Virus record (IMG/VR): IMGVR_UViG_3300035670_000033
Span: 32,001-96,000 of that record
DNA from: a virus
Reading direction: 5' to 3' (one strand)
DNA length: 64,000 nucleotides
Positions 9,595-18,006 of the stretch are shown here, one piece after another. The notes under the pieces were generated by a model. The model had not been told where the DNA came from. It was given only the letters and a program-made list of their open reading frames with translations, and made no database searches. The first letter of the stretch is position 1, and every line of letters begins with the position of its first letter. Position numbers and translations under genes: made by a program.

Positions 9595-9844
9595 TTCTTA
9601 CTCCTTGTTTGTTGGTGTACCTGTAATACGCACGGTGACACGGAATGTGTGACAATCTTTTTTTGGACAGAGTCCAAAAGAGGTTGTGAATAACTCGTTG
9701 AGGTTTATATACGCCACCGTTCAGGTTGGGAGATGACAGTTCGGATCGCCGATCTCCGTGCGCCTGCGCCTGAGAGCCCCGCGTTGTTTACATCTTCCCG
9801 CAAGCCCCGCACCGCATCTTCGGGCGCGGGACTAGGCAAAAATA

Positions 9845-9870
9845 AAGGGGAGGCTTTCGCCCCCCCCCTT
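9845..9870 (-). terminator. Intrinsic terminator
   Basis: GC hairpin followed by a T-run on the minus strand. Confidence 0.6.
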
Positions 9871-9872
9871 GG

Positions 9873-10013
9873 TTAGTCCCAAGTGATCAACCCGTTTTCT
9901 GCGATGTAGGTTGGGAGTCCCATACTTTTCAGTTCCTCGTATGTGAAAGGAACTTCTTGGTTCTTGTTGATGTGATCAACATATCCCCTGTTTCTGAGGG
10001 CTTCGTCTGTCAT
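9873..10013 (-). CDS. Small hypothetical protein
   Basis: MTDEALRNRGY...; AGGAG RBS and own promoter. Confidence 0.6.
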   Translation of the reverse strand: MTDEALRNRGYVDHINKNQEVPFTYEELKSMGLPTYIAENGLITWD

Positions 10014-10182
10014 TGCTTCTCCTATGTGTCTAGTAGTTGTATCTCTTATACGCAATATTAGAGCAAGGGTGTGACACAGATAAATAGAAAACTTTCACGG
10101 CCGTGTGACATCACGCTTTATGTGACCGTGTGCGTTATATGTATGTAGGCAAAACCGCCTACCAAAGCGTTAGGAGAAGTAG

Positions 10183-10326
10183 TTGGAAATCAACTATGAA
10201 GCAATAAAAGAAATGACCCGTGCGTTGAAGCAAGAAATTGCAAGAAACGGGATCAACGAAAACAATTCGCAGTGGGTTCACGAAATGCGAGTTGCGATTG
10301 AACTTCGTGAAAGCGGTGTCTACTAG
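10183..10326 (+). CDS. Small hypothetical protein (47 aa, TTG start)
   Basis: TAGGAG RBS; MEINYEAIKEMTRALKQEIARNG...; followed by a terminator. Confidence 0.6.
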   Translation: MEINYEAIKEMTRALKQEIARNGINENNSQWVHEMRVAIELRESGVY

Positions 10327-10336
10327 AACCGCCAAC

Positions 10337-10373
10337 AAGACCCCAACTCGGAAACGGGTTGGGGTTCTTTTTT
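10337..10373 (+). terminator. Intrinsic terminator
   Basis: AAGACCCCAACTCG-GAAA-CGGGTTGGGGTTC then T-run. Confidence 0.8.
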
Positions 10374-10489
10374 GCCATAGCCCCGCGATCTGATGCGGTT
10401 GCCGCACAGCCCCGACATCCGATGCGCGACGCGGGACTGAGACAAAAGAAAACCCGCAGAAGATGGTTGGTCTCCTGCGGGTTCTTGAT

Positions 10490-10699
10490 TTAGTTGGTTG
10501 TTTCGCGGACTATCTGAAAACGATCGCCTTCTTCGGTAATCATTCCGAGAGTGCTTCCGTTGTCCCATTTGATGTGAACCGTGCCAAGTCCGTCAATGTG
10601 GGTTACGAGACCTTCGTCGCCCCACTTCAACCTCGTGTACGGGTCGCCTGACCGCATAAACATTACTCGCTTACCGACATAACTTTCTTTGTCTGACAT
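10490..10699 (-). CDS. DUF4314 family protein
   Basis: G.RV.....GDPY..L..G.EG.V..ID.LGTVH..WDNGSTLG...D.F. Confidence 0.8.
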   Translation of the reverse strand: MSDKESYVGKRVMFMRSGDPYTRLKWGDEGLVTHIDGLGTVHIKWDNGSTLGMITEEGDRFQIVRETTN

Positions 10700-10938
10700 T
10701 AGTAGACCCCGAAAGATATTCCGTCTGATGTCATTCCGAACAACGCACCTGCGTCGTTCCCTTCTGTATCCATTGACGGGTAGAGGATTGTTCCGCTAGA
10801 GAGAACGAGAACCATAGGGATTTCTCGTTTGCGCCAACCTTCTTTGTTCATTTCCGCTTTTGTCATTGGACGAATGTCAATGATTGTTGATCCGATCATT
10901 GAGTCGTCTACGGTTTCTGCTTCGTATGTACTGCTCAT
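10699..10938 (-). CDS. Hypothetical protein
   Basis: Coupled ORF with RBS. Confidence 0.7.
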   Translation of the reverse strand: MSSTYEAETVDDSMIGSTIIDIRPMTKAEMNKEGWRKREIPMVLVLSSGTILYPSMDTEGNDAGALFGMTSDGISFGVY

Positions 10939-10980
10939 GTGCTTTCTCCTTTGTTTAGGTTTATATGAAGCGTCTCGCTG

Positions 10981-11232
10981 TTACACGGACGCTTTTAGTG
11001 GTGACTTGATGTCTGCTAGTTCACGCTCTAACTCTGCACCTTCGCAGTTGTTCATAAGGTCAATCAAATTATCTAACCATGTTGCAACGGACGCAGGAAG
11101 TGGTGTCGTGCTGAGATAGTTGGTGTACTTGTTGAGTACGATGTCAATCTCGGTAACGAGTCCTGCTCCTTCAACATTGTTTGTGATGTCAAGGATTTCT
11201 GTGATTAGGTTGATGTAACTTTGCTTTTCCAT
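10981..11232 (-). CDS. Hypothetical protein
   Basis: ATG at 11232 with GAGG RBS. Confidence 0.6.
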   Translation of the reverse strand: MEKQSYINLITEILDITNNVEGAGLVTEIDIVLNKYTNYLSTTPLPASVATWLDNLIDLMNNCEGAELERELADIKSPLKASV

Positions 11233-11234
11233 TT

Positions 11235-11465
11235 TTATTTCCTCTCGTTTTGTTTTACAAATCTGACACACTCTTTTTTCGTGGACGCATTGAACGCCTG
11301 ATTGCCTGTTGCGATCTCAATAACAACCCACCAATCGGTTTTGGTTTCGTGAAACCAAACATCATTGAACCCTCTTTGCATAAACCGTTGGTGAAACCTT
11401 TCGCATTCAGGGTGTTCGCACGGTGACTCTTGGATCTCTTTTTCTATCCTGTAAGTGCTGTTCAT
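11235..11465 (-). CDS. Hypothetical protein
   Basis: AAGGAG RBS and own promoter. Confidence 0.65.
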   Translation of the reverse strand: MNSTYRIEKEIQESPCEHPECERFHQRFMQRGFNDVWFHETKTDWWVVIEIATGNQAFNASTKKECVRFVKQNERK

Positions 11466-11520
11466 TTCTATCTCCTTGTCTAGGTCTATATAGATATGTT
11501 ACCCAAGCGGTGTAGCAGGG

Positions 11521-11655
11521 TTATTCGCCCTGCCACCTGAACCCACGACACTCTCGCTTACTGCGCTTCTTGCGCTTGTCTGCGACACGCTGTGCCTTCA
11601 GGATATTGCGATCTGCAAACGCCTGACGATCTGCCTCACTCCATTGCTTGCTCAT
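11521..11655 (-). CDS. Small basic protein (44 aa)
   Basis: Hand-translated MSKQWSEADRQAFADRNILKAQRVADKRKKR...; coupled. Confidence 0.55.
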   Translation of the reverse strand: MSKQWSEADRQAFADRNILKAQRVADKRKKRSKRECRGFRWQGE

Positions 11656-12137
11656 TAGAACCTTCTCCTATTCTTTGTCCATTCGTGACAACTATGTTTT
11701 GCTTGCTCATCTACTTGCTCTTGTGACATTCCTGCCTTGATCAACGGACGGTATCCGCATGAGTTGCACGAAACGCCGAGGTACTCGGTGACACCTTGTG
11801 CGATCTGATATGCGTGAACGGTCGTGTTGCCGTGTGTGCGCTCATTCAGATAAACCGTGATGAACACTTCGCAATTCGCACAACCGATGATCTTGACATC
11901 TTTGCCGTCTGTTGGTGCTTGCTTTGGAAAGAAATCAAACTTGAAGTGTTTGCAGGTTTCGCACTTGTCATCAAGTTTGCGAACCTTTGCCACTTCTACT
12001 GCACCTTCGGTTACTGCTTTCCAATGTGCAGGAAGTATCCCTTTCTTTTGTGCTTGCTCAACGAGGTGGTTGCGAACCGCCCATTGTGCGTAAGGCTTGG
12101 CTACTTTTGTTGCCTTTGCCTTTTTGATCTTTGCCAT
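11655..12137 (-). CDS. Hypothetical multi-CxxC zinc-binding protein
   Basis: CETC, CANC and CNSC motifs; ATG at 12137 with AGGAG RBS. Confidence 0.7.
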   Translation of the reverse strand: MAKIKKAKATKVAKPYAQWAVRNHLVEQAQKKGILPAHWKAVTEGAVEVAKVRKLDDKCETCKHFKFDFFPKQAPTDGKDVKIIGCANCEVFITVYLNERTHGNTTVHAYQIAQGVTEYLGVSCNSCGYRPLIKAGMSQEQVDEQAKHSCHEWTKNRRRF

Positions 12138-12272
12138 TTCTAGTACTCCTTGTTTAGGTTTATCTAACTCGCTAATTACACTATATACGCAGGGTGTCAC
12201 ATAGTGTGTGATCTTTTTAGATCTAAATAATAAATATACTTCTAATATATCAGGGGCATAATATCCCCAACC

Positions 12273-12293
12273 TTGTCCACAGCCTGTGGATAA
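12273..12293. promoter_or_regulatory. Inverted pair of DnaA boxes (TTGTCCACA-GCC-TGTGGATAA)
   Basis: Both match DnaA-box consensus; AT-rich tract at about 12205-12262 is adjacent. Confidence 0.7.
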
Positions 12294-12690
12294 CTAGATC
12301 ACGCAACTCCATTTAGCACTAAGTCAAACGATCAGCAGGCTATATACGCCACCGTTCAAGTTGGGTGATGTCTTGATGTCTTGATGTCGGATCGCCCGAT
12401 CCCATAGCCCCGCGCCATCCGTCGCACGGCGGGGCTAACAAGTCTCGCATCCGTTCGCGGGGCTGTCGCCGTCGGATCTTCGGTTTGTTGGGATAGTGTT
12501 GGGATATGGCTATGCCCTTCAGTCCCAAGCATTCCACTAACTTGCAGATCGGCGAAGTTATTGACGCGCTCGCGCAAACTGAGCCCGATCTATTTGGTGA
12601 AGGTAACGCGACACTAATGCCCGTGCAATACTCTGATCGTCTCGCGTTAGTGATATGCGATCGTTCGCTAGGGGAGTCCATAAACGCTAA

Positions 12691-12720
12691 TAGCCCGCCT
12701 GCCTAACGGCGGACGGGCTA
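12691..12720 (-). terminator. Hairpin, probable terminator
   Basis: TAGCCCGCCTGCC-TAAC-GGCGGACGGGCTA downstream of a gene. Confidence 0.65.
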
Positions 12721-12736
12721 CGACACTGCGGACTAT

Positions 12737-12979
12737 TTACTTATTGCGTTGCGACTCTGCCCATAGGTGACGGAATACGAACGCAGGTATCGCGTTGCCG
12801 TCATCCGTGAAGTAGTAACCATTGTCAAGTGTTGAATGATCGGGGATAGTGACGATCCGTCTATTGCTAACGCGACCACGATACCAATATCCAATGATAA
12901 AGATATTGTGATCGCTTGTCGTCTCCCATTGCCAACGCGAAGTGCCGACATATCCCTTATAGGTGAGTTGCGTTGTCAT
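12737..12979 (-). CDS. Hypothetical protein
   Basis: Coupled ORF. Confidence 0.65.
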   Translation of the reverse strand: MTTQLTYKGYVGTSRWQWETTSDHNIFIIGYWYRGRVSNRRIVTIPDHSTLDNGYYFTDDGNAIPAFVFRHLWAESQRNK

Positions 12980-13191
12980 TACTCAACCGCCTGAATCATC
13001 GCGAAGATAGACGGAGACGCCGTAGTGATTCCGTGCGCGTAATCCGTGACTAGGTGCAACATATAATTGTCGCGTTCGTCCTGATCCCATGTCTCTGCCC
13101 AAGTGGTGCGATCGTTGTCGTCCCAATTCATTGTTGAGTTAATGAATATCTCTGCCTTCGTTGGTGGAGTTGAGTTGAGTGTGTATCTCAT
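12979..13191 (-). CDS. Hypothetical protein
   Basis: ORF with RBS. Confidence 0.65.
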   Translation of the reverse strand: MRYTLNSTPPTKAEIFINSTMNWDDNDRTTWAETWDQDERDNYMLHLVTDYAHGITTASPSIFAMIQAVE

Positions 13192-13299
13192 AATTTGCCC
13201 TTCGTGTAGTAGTTGTGTTGGTAATCGGCTTGCGCCTTGTGCCTAGTTGGAATTGAATCCCACGCCGAACGCGCTAGGCGACTCACCTAAGTGAGTGTG

Positions 13300-13749
13300 T
13301 TAGATCGCGACCGCTTCGCTGTAACGAAGTGTGCCATCGCCACCCATTGCGATCTCGGTCGCGCGTAACCATAGGTCGCGCACGACTTCATTACCGCGTG
13401 CCCACGAAGTTAAACATCCGAGAACTTCAGTCTCAAACTCCGCGAGTGCTTTATCCGAGTATCGCTTAACCGACTTACGGATAAGAGTTGCGAACGGATA
13501 ATTTACGCGATCGTAAACACCAACCAATTCACTTGTCTGATCGTAGTGTCGCAACGCGATGGACGACATGAGTTGCTTATTATCCGCATCGTGCCAAATT
13601 GTGATACGCACTAAAGTGCCCATTGGTCTGCCATCCACTTCAACCGAGTCACAAGTCGGACTCTTAAGTGTGTAGGTGATCTCGCGATCTTTAACCTTGC
13701 GTGTCGCTTGCGCTAACACTGTATTGTGACTAACAATTAAATTACTCAT
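13300..13749 (-). CDS. Hypothetical protein
   Basis: GGGAG RBS and own promoter. Confidence 0.7.
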   Translation of the reverse strand: MSNLIVSHNTVLAQATRKVKDREITYTLKSPTCDSVEVDGRPMGTLVRITIWHDADNKQLMSSIALRHYDQTSELVGVYDRVNYPFATLIRKSVKRYSDKALAEFETEVLGCLTSWARGNEVVRDLWLRATEIAMGGDGTLRYSEAVAI

Positions 13750-13836
13750 TATTTATCTCCCGTGTCTAGTTGGTTTATGTTTATTACTTACTATCTATAT
13801 TACGCAACGGGTGTTGCATAGTGTGACATTGCCTGA

Positions 13837-14112
13837 TTAGTCATGATCTGCGAGTTTGACCCAATGCATACCGACCCAACCATCAGGTGTGCGCATTGAG
13901 TTCAGGTGTCCGCCTTCAATGATTGAACGGATAAGACTGAACAATTCCCGCGACAAGTCGTCTCGCGTAATATCCATTGCGTCTACCCATTCATTGTCGT
14001 AACGATTCTGCGTAAGATCGTCAATTACTGATCCAACGATCTCCATGCCGATCGCGCCGATACCGAGATAATTCTCTGCCAATACTTCGCTTAGTGATTC
14101 ATCTAGTGCCAT
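13837..14112 (-). CDS. Hypothetical protein
   Basis: RBS and own promoter. Confidence 0.7.
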   Translation of the reverse strand: MALDESLSEVLAENYLGIGAIGMEIVGSVIDDLTQNRYDNEWVDAMDITRDDLSRELFSLIRSIIEGGHLNSMRTPDGWVGMHWVKLADHD

Positions 14113-14700
14113 GTCTATTCCTTGTCTAGTAAGTGTAAGCGTTATTGCTTACTCCCCAATAATACGCAATGGGTGTTGCAGAGTGTGACATTGCCATTCT
14201 GCAATATCGCGTATCCGCTATATCCGTGATCCGATATCTACGATCCGATATACGGTTTATATGCGCTACCGTTCAGGTTGGGGACTTGGATCGGCGATCC
14301 GCCCGCCCGCGTGCGCCCGCGAGCCCCGCGCGCTAAATGGGGGCGCGGGACTGTCAAGTTTTTTGGGGCAAACAGTAGCGTTTGCAGTGTCGCCTTACCC
14401 TCCTGTGACGCATATGAGCCCCGCGTGTTTACACGGGATGCGGGGCTGTGGGCAGGGGAGCCAGAGCCGCGGGTTGGGGAAGCCGCTGAGCGGCTTCGCC
14501 GTCGGTATCTGTATCTGAACTGAGACAATTACGAGAACCTGCCGCGCACTCAAACAATCGTTGAACACTATTCTGAACGCGTTACCGACATTGCAGTGGT
14601 TAGAACTCGCGTGAGAAGTAGCGTCCATGATGTGTGAGTGGCACGGTGCGCTCAACCTAGATAGCCGTGAGACGCACTACAAGCCCCCTAGAAACGCAAA

Positions 14701-14726
14701 AGCCCCCACCCCGAAGGGTGAGGGCT
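14701..14726 (-). terminator. Intrinsic terminator
   Basis: AGCCCCCACCC-CGAA-GGGTGAGGGCT with a T-run on the minus strand. Confidence 0.7.
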
Positions 14727-14747
14727 CGCGCCTGCGTTAGGAACTAA

Positions 14748-15236
14748 CTAGATGTTCCTTGCGCACACGGGTCCGATACCCCGTGCTACCGAGTTTGGGT
14801 CGGAAAGTTCCGCACCACACACGCAACAGATACCGAACTCATGCCCTGCCTCCTGCGCCTGTGCGAGGGTCATGCGATCCTCTGCGGAGAGACGGAACAA
14901 CCCGCCACGCTCGTAGGTGAAACGCTCTGCCTTGACAGGTGCGAGAGGGTTGTAACGCATTGCGTACAGGTTGCCTGACTGCCGTGAACGCTTTACACGG
15001 AACACAACGCCGTCCTTGCGGTACATACCGATCTCGGTAACAGGGTTTGCCTGTACGACCCGTGCAGGACGATTCATGTTGCGCTCAACCGCCTGCAACT
15101 GCTTGTCGGATAGACGACCGAAACGATCGTAACCATTGAGGACGCTCGTAAAGAATGCATTGCCAAGTGCGTTGTCACGCAGGAACTGAACTACACGCTC
15201 CTCACGGGTGAGTGGTGGAAGTGTCTGAACTGACAT
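14748..15236 (-). CDS. DUF6011 domain protein
   Basis: C-terminal CCVCGAELSDPNSVARGIGPVCA. Confidence 0.75.
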   Translation of the reverse strand: MSVQTLPPLTREERVVQFLRDNALGNAFFTSVLNGYDRFGRLSDKQLQAVERNMNRPARVVQANPVTEIGMYRKDGVVFRVKRSRQSGNLYAMRYNPLAPVKAERFTYERGGLFRLSAEDRMTLAQAQEAGHEFGICCVCGAELSDPNSVARGIGPVCARNI

Positions 15237-15804
15237 AGGTAACTCGCTTTCGTTAGTAGGTTTATTTGCTTACCCTGAATATACGCACAGGGTGTAACAG
15301 AGTGTGCGATACCCGATCGGGGGCGCAGATCGCAGGCACGGCGTTCACCGCAACCTGACAAACCGATTCCGTTGCATGGCTGAGACTTATATCCGCCACC
15401 GTTCAAGTTGGGGACTCAGATCCGCGATCCGCCTCCGCGCTACGCGCCCGCCCGCCCCCACAGCCCCGCGAACTACGCGGTCACGCGGGACTATCAGCAT
15501 CAGCAGAAAGAAGAAGACAAGCCCAGTTGGGAACGTTCCGGCTGACGTCCCGGCGAACGTCATCAAAAACGTTACTTTTTACGCGTTTTGAAAAACATCA
15601 ACTTTTGCTAATTTTTCTGGTTTTTTGAAAGCCTTATACCATAAGGGTTTTACGGGGTGACTTATTGAGGTTTGTAGAAGAAACGAATAAACTGTCAGAA
15701 AGAACAACTTTTTGGGACTCCGGCTGCCGGGCTGGTCTTCAGCCAGTTCCGAAGATGGGCTGATAGCCCCGCGTTATTGTCTGCGCGGAAGTTTGACGCG
15801 GGAC

Positions 15805-16005
15805 TTAGAAGAGAGTTGGCGCATCGTCAAATGCGTTGCGGGTTTCGGTGCAGATTTTGTGTGCGTAACCGAGTGGTGCTGAAGGGTTCCGAGGCGTCCC
15901 TAAGTATCTGCCGTCTTTGTGTTCTAACCAAGCGACAACCTTGACGCAGTATGCCGTGTTCAGGGTGTCTAGCCCTGTGTTGCAGATGGAGCAGGTGACT
16001 TTCAT
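15805..16005 (-). CDS. Small zinc-finger-like hypothetical protein
   Basis: CSIC...HKIC. Confidence 0.6.
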   Translation of the reverse strand: MKVTCSICNTGLDTLNTAYCVKVVAWLEHKDGRYLGTPRNPSAPLGYAHKICTETRNAFDDAPTLF

Positions 16006-16230
16006 TTATGCGGTTGCTTCTGCCTTTAGTGGTGCGACGATCACGGAAAGTAGATCTTCTACAGGGAACTGTAGGTCACTATGCGACCTGATGTCAAGGA
16101 GTAGATCAACCATTTCCGATGATGATACGAGTTCACGACCCGAGATCTGTTTGATCGCGCTGTCAATGAGTTCGGTGATGGTGCTAATTTTTTGTTCTGT
16201 TTCCAAGAGACTTCTTCTTTCTAGGTGCAA
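16006..16230 (-). CDS. Hypothetical protein
   Basis: ORF in operon (start uncertain). Confidence 0.55.
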   Translation of the reverse strand: MHLERRSLLETEQKISTITELIDSAIKQISGRELVSSSEMVDLLLDIRSHSDLQFPVEDLLSVIVAPLKAEATA

Positions 16231-16384
16231 TAGTTGGTAGATAGTTTATCGCATAATCGTAAGTATGACGCAGACAAACGATGTGGTCGTTGTACACCGA
16301 GAGTGCTGTAGAGCACCCTTCTAGTGCACAACGACGAACGCCGTTGCCATCTGTTTTGGGTTTGAGAACGGTGTTACTCTCCAA
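16184..16384 (-). CDS. Small zinc-binding hypothetical protein
   Basis: RRCALEGCSTALSVYN....C..H. Confidence 0.6.
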   Translation of the reverse strand: MESNTVLKPKTDGNGVRRCALEGCSTALSVYNDHIVCLRHTYDYAINYLPTIAPRKKKSLGNRTKN

Positions 16385-16823
16385 GTTTCGCCCACTCTTC
16401 GTCGCCGATGAGTTCTGATGCTTGCAGTATTGCTTCCTCTATATCAAAGTGCACGCAGTTCAACCAACCCGCTTCACCAACTGTGTCGTCGTCTGCGTAC
16501 AGATCAAACCATGCGTTGTTGTCAAACTCAATGCGTTCTTCGTCTATTGCTTTCTGCAACTGCTCATCTGTTTCAATGCCTACTTCTGCGAGACGGTCGG
16601 AGTATCTGATCACCTGATAGTTCGCATTGTCAATGCGCGCTTCTTTGCTGTCCCAAACATGGAGACGCATTTCGCCATCGCAGTAAACGCTGATGGTGCG
16701 GTCTTTGTAGGTAACCCGTGCCACGAGTTGGTGTGCATTTGCGTCCCAAACATAGAACGCAGGGTCTTTGCAGAACTCTCGCTCATGCGGTGACTGTTCT
16801 CGGGTGATAATTAGGTCTTGCAT
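16374..16823 (-). CDS. Hypothetical protein
   Basis: AAGGAG RBS and own promoter. Confidence 0.7.
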   Translation of the reverse strand: MQDLIITREQSPHEREFCKDPAFYVWDANAHQLVARVTYKDRTISVYCDGEMRLHVWDSKEARIDNANYQVIRYSDRLAEVGIETDEQLQKAIDEERIEFDNNAWFDLYADDDTVGEAGWLNCVHFDIEEAILQASELIGDEEWAKLGE

Positions 16824-16878
16824 TACTTCTCCTTGTTTCTAGTAGTTGTACCAAGAGTAATACGAGGGTGTTGTACGG

Positions 16879-17082
16879 TTACGCCTTTCCTAACAACGCC
16901 AATGCTTCATCTATTTCTATGGTGGTCTTGATGGAGTGATCGCCGTCGTATGCAACGGTGACATAGTTTGCGCCAACGGACGGGTTCTCTGCGAGATCGC
17001 AAATAGACCCGTACGCTTGCGCAACTGCGTCTAAATGGTTGTCTGCTTCATAGACCATTGACCAAGTGACGATGTACTGCAT
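16879..17082 (-). CDS. Hypothetical protein
   Basis: ATG at 17082 coupled to the upstream stop. Confidence 0.6.
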   Translation of the reverse strand: MQYIVTWSMVYEADNHLDAVAQAYGSICDLAENPSVGANYVTVAYDGDHSIKTTIEIDEALALLGKA

Positions 17083-17294
17083 TAGACGGACAGACTTTCC
17101 TGCCATGAAAACATTGGTGAAACACCGAACTCGTCTTTTACGGAACGGGTGCTGACTTCAACATCAACTTTGTATTGCTCTAACGATGCGAGGATATCTG
17201 CAAGTTCCGCCTTGTCGGTTGCGATGCGGTAACGCAACTCGTGCATACGGGTATTTAGGGTCTCAAATGTTTGCTTTTTGTTACGGAGTTTCAT
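17082..17294 (-). CDS. Hypothetical coiled-coil protein
   Basis: Coupled ORF. Confidence 0.6.
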   Translation of the reverse strand: MKLRNKKQTFETLNTRMHELRYRIATDKAELADILASLEQYKVDVEVSTRSVKDEFGVSPMFSWQESLSV

Positions 17295-17680
17295 TACTTA
17301 TCTGCCTTTCGGTCTGCTTGTGGGTCTCTTATTTCATACTGACGACCTTCTCGTTTTACGAAGATGTCAGGACGATCTTGAACGATCTTGCGGACGGTTG
17401 CTTCTGATATGTCGCCAATTTCCGCAAGTTCTTTTACTGTCACCAAGTCAAAGACATGGTTTTTGCACCAAGACAAGATGTCTTGCTTGCCGTCTTGTGC
17501 CGTGCGCCAACCTTCACTTGGTTGTGCCTGTGCCAAGAGTTCTGCCTTGATGTTGTTTGGTACGAGATCACGGACACGCTTAGGTACTTGCGCAACCCAA
17601 ACAGGTTTCCCATAGGTGTTGATCGCTTCAGTAACTTCGCGTATCGCGTCGTCTAGTTGTGTGTCTACTTCGTTGCTCAT
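17294..17680 (-). CDS. Hypothetical protein with C-terminal HTH
   Basis: VTVKELAEIGDISEATVRKIV; leaderless start just after a -10. Confidence 0.65.
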   Translation of the reverse strand: MSNEVDTQLDDAIREVTEAINTYGKPVWVAQVPKRVRDLVPNNIKAELLAQAQPSEGWRTAQDGKQDILSWCKNHVFDLVTVKELAEIGDISEATVRKIVQDRPDIFVKREGRQYEIRDPQADRKADK

Positions 17681-17724
17681 AGTGTCTACTATACGCAACG
17701 GGTGTGACAAAGTGTGTGATCCCA

Positions 17725-18006
17725 TTAGAACGGTTCTGCTGTTCGCATGGACTCAGGTACTACAAGTGCGCTTTGTGCTTCGTTCAGTACCGTCATTGTC
17801 TGAGAAATGATGTTGCTGGTTTTTAGTACTGCGCCCTTGAACACCGCTGACTGTTCTTGTGTGCCAACTCGTGATAGTTCTTGTTCAAGAACTTCGTAAA
17901 TGCTGTGTATCGCTTTCTCAATGCGACTCAAACTTGCTGAGTCCGCATCAAAGATCTGTGCGAGTGTTTGTGTTCTTTCCATCTGCTTTTTATATACCCC
18001 TTTCAA
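17725..18006 (-). CDS. Hypothetical protein
   Basis: ORF; start may be ATG 17982; TTGACA at 18047-18052 upstream. Confidence 0.6.
   Translation of the reverse strand: MKGVYKKQMERTQTLAQIFDADSASLSRIEKAIHSIYEVLEQELSRVGTQEQSAVFKGAVLKTSNIISQTMTVLNEAQSALVVPESMRTAEPF

Larger units (their letters stand above)
5441..15492. repeat. 31-bp bipartite inverted site AGYCCCGCN-N13-NGCGGGRCT, 7 copies
   Basis: 5441-5471, 9803-9833, 10408-10438, 12406-12436, 14322-14352, 14417-14447, 15462-15492; identical spacing with a variable spacer. Confidence 0.9.
4467..17708 (-). promoter_or_regulatory. Promoter class G-N-N-ACACCC-N6-TANNNT, 13 minus-strand copies
   Basis: 4467-4487, 5155-5175, 7929-7949, 8773-8793, 9254-9274, 10055-10075, 11496-11516, 12180-12200, 13797-13817, 14159-14179, 15278-15298, 16854-16874, 17688-17708; each has exactly 9 bp between the (GTT/GTC/GTG/GCA/GCT/ACA)ACA hexamer and the -10, and each precedes a gene. 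Confidence 0.85.

Noticed and set aside
14238-14655. ORFs 14238..14528, 14261..14518, 14278..14523 and 14395..14655
   Set aside because: They are GC-rich shadow ORFs over the repeat and dyad element, with no RBS and a low-complexity Arg/Pro/Gly translation.
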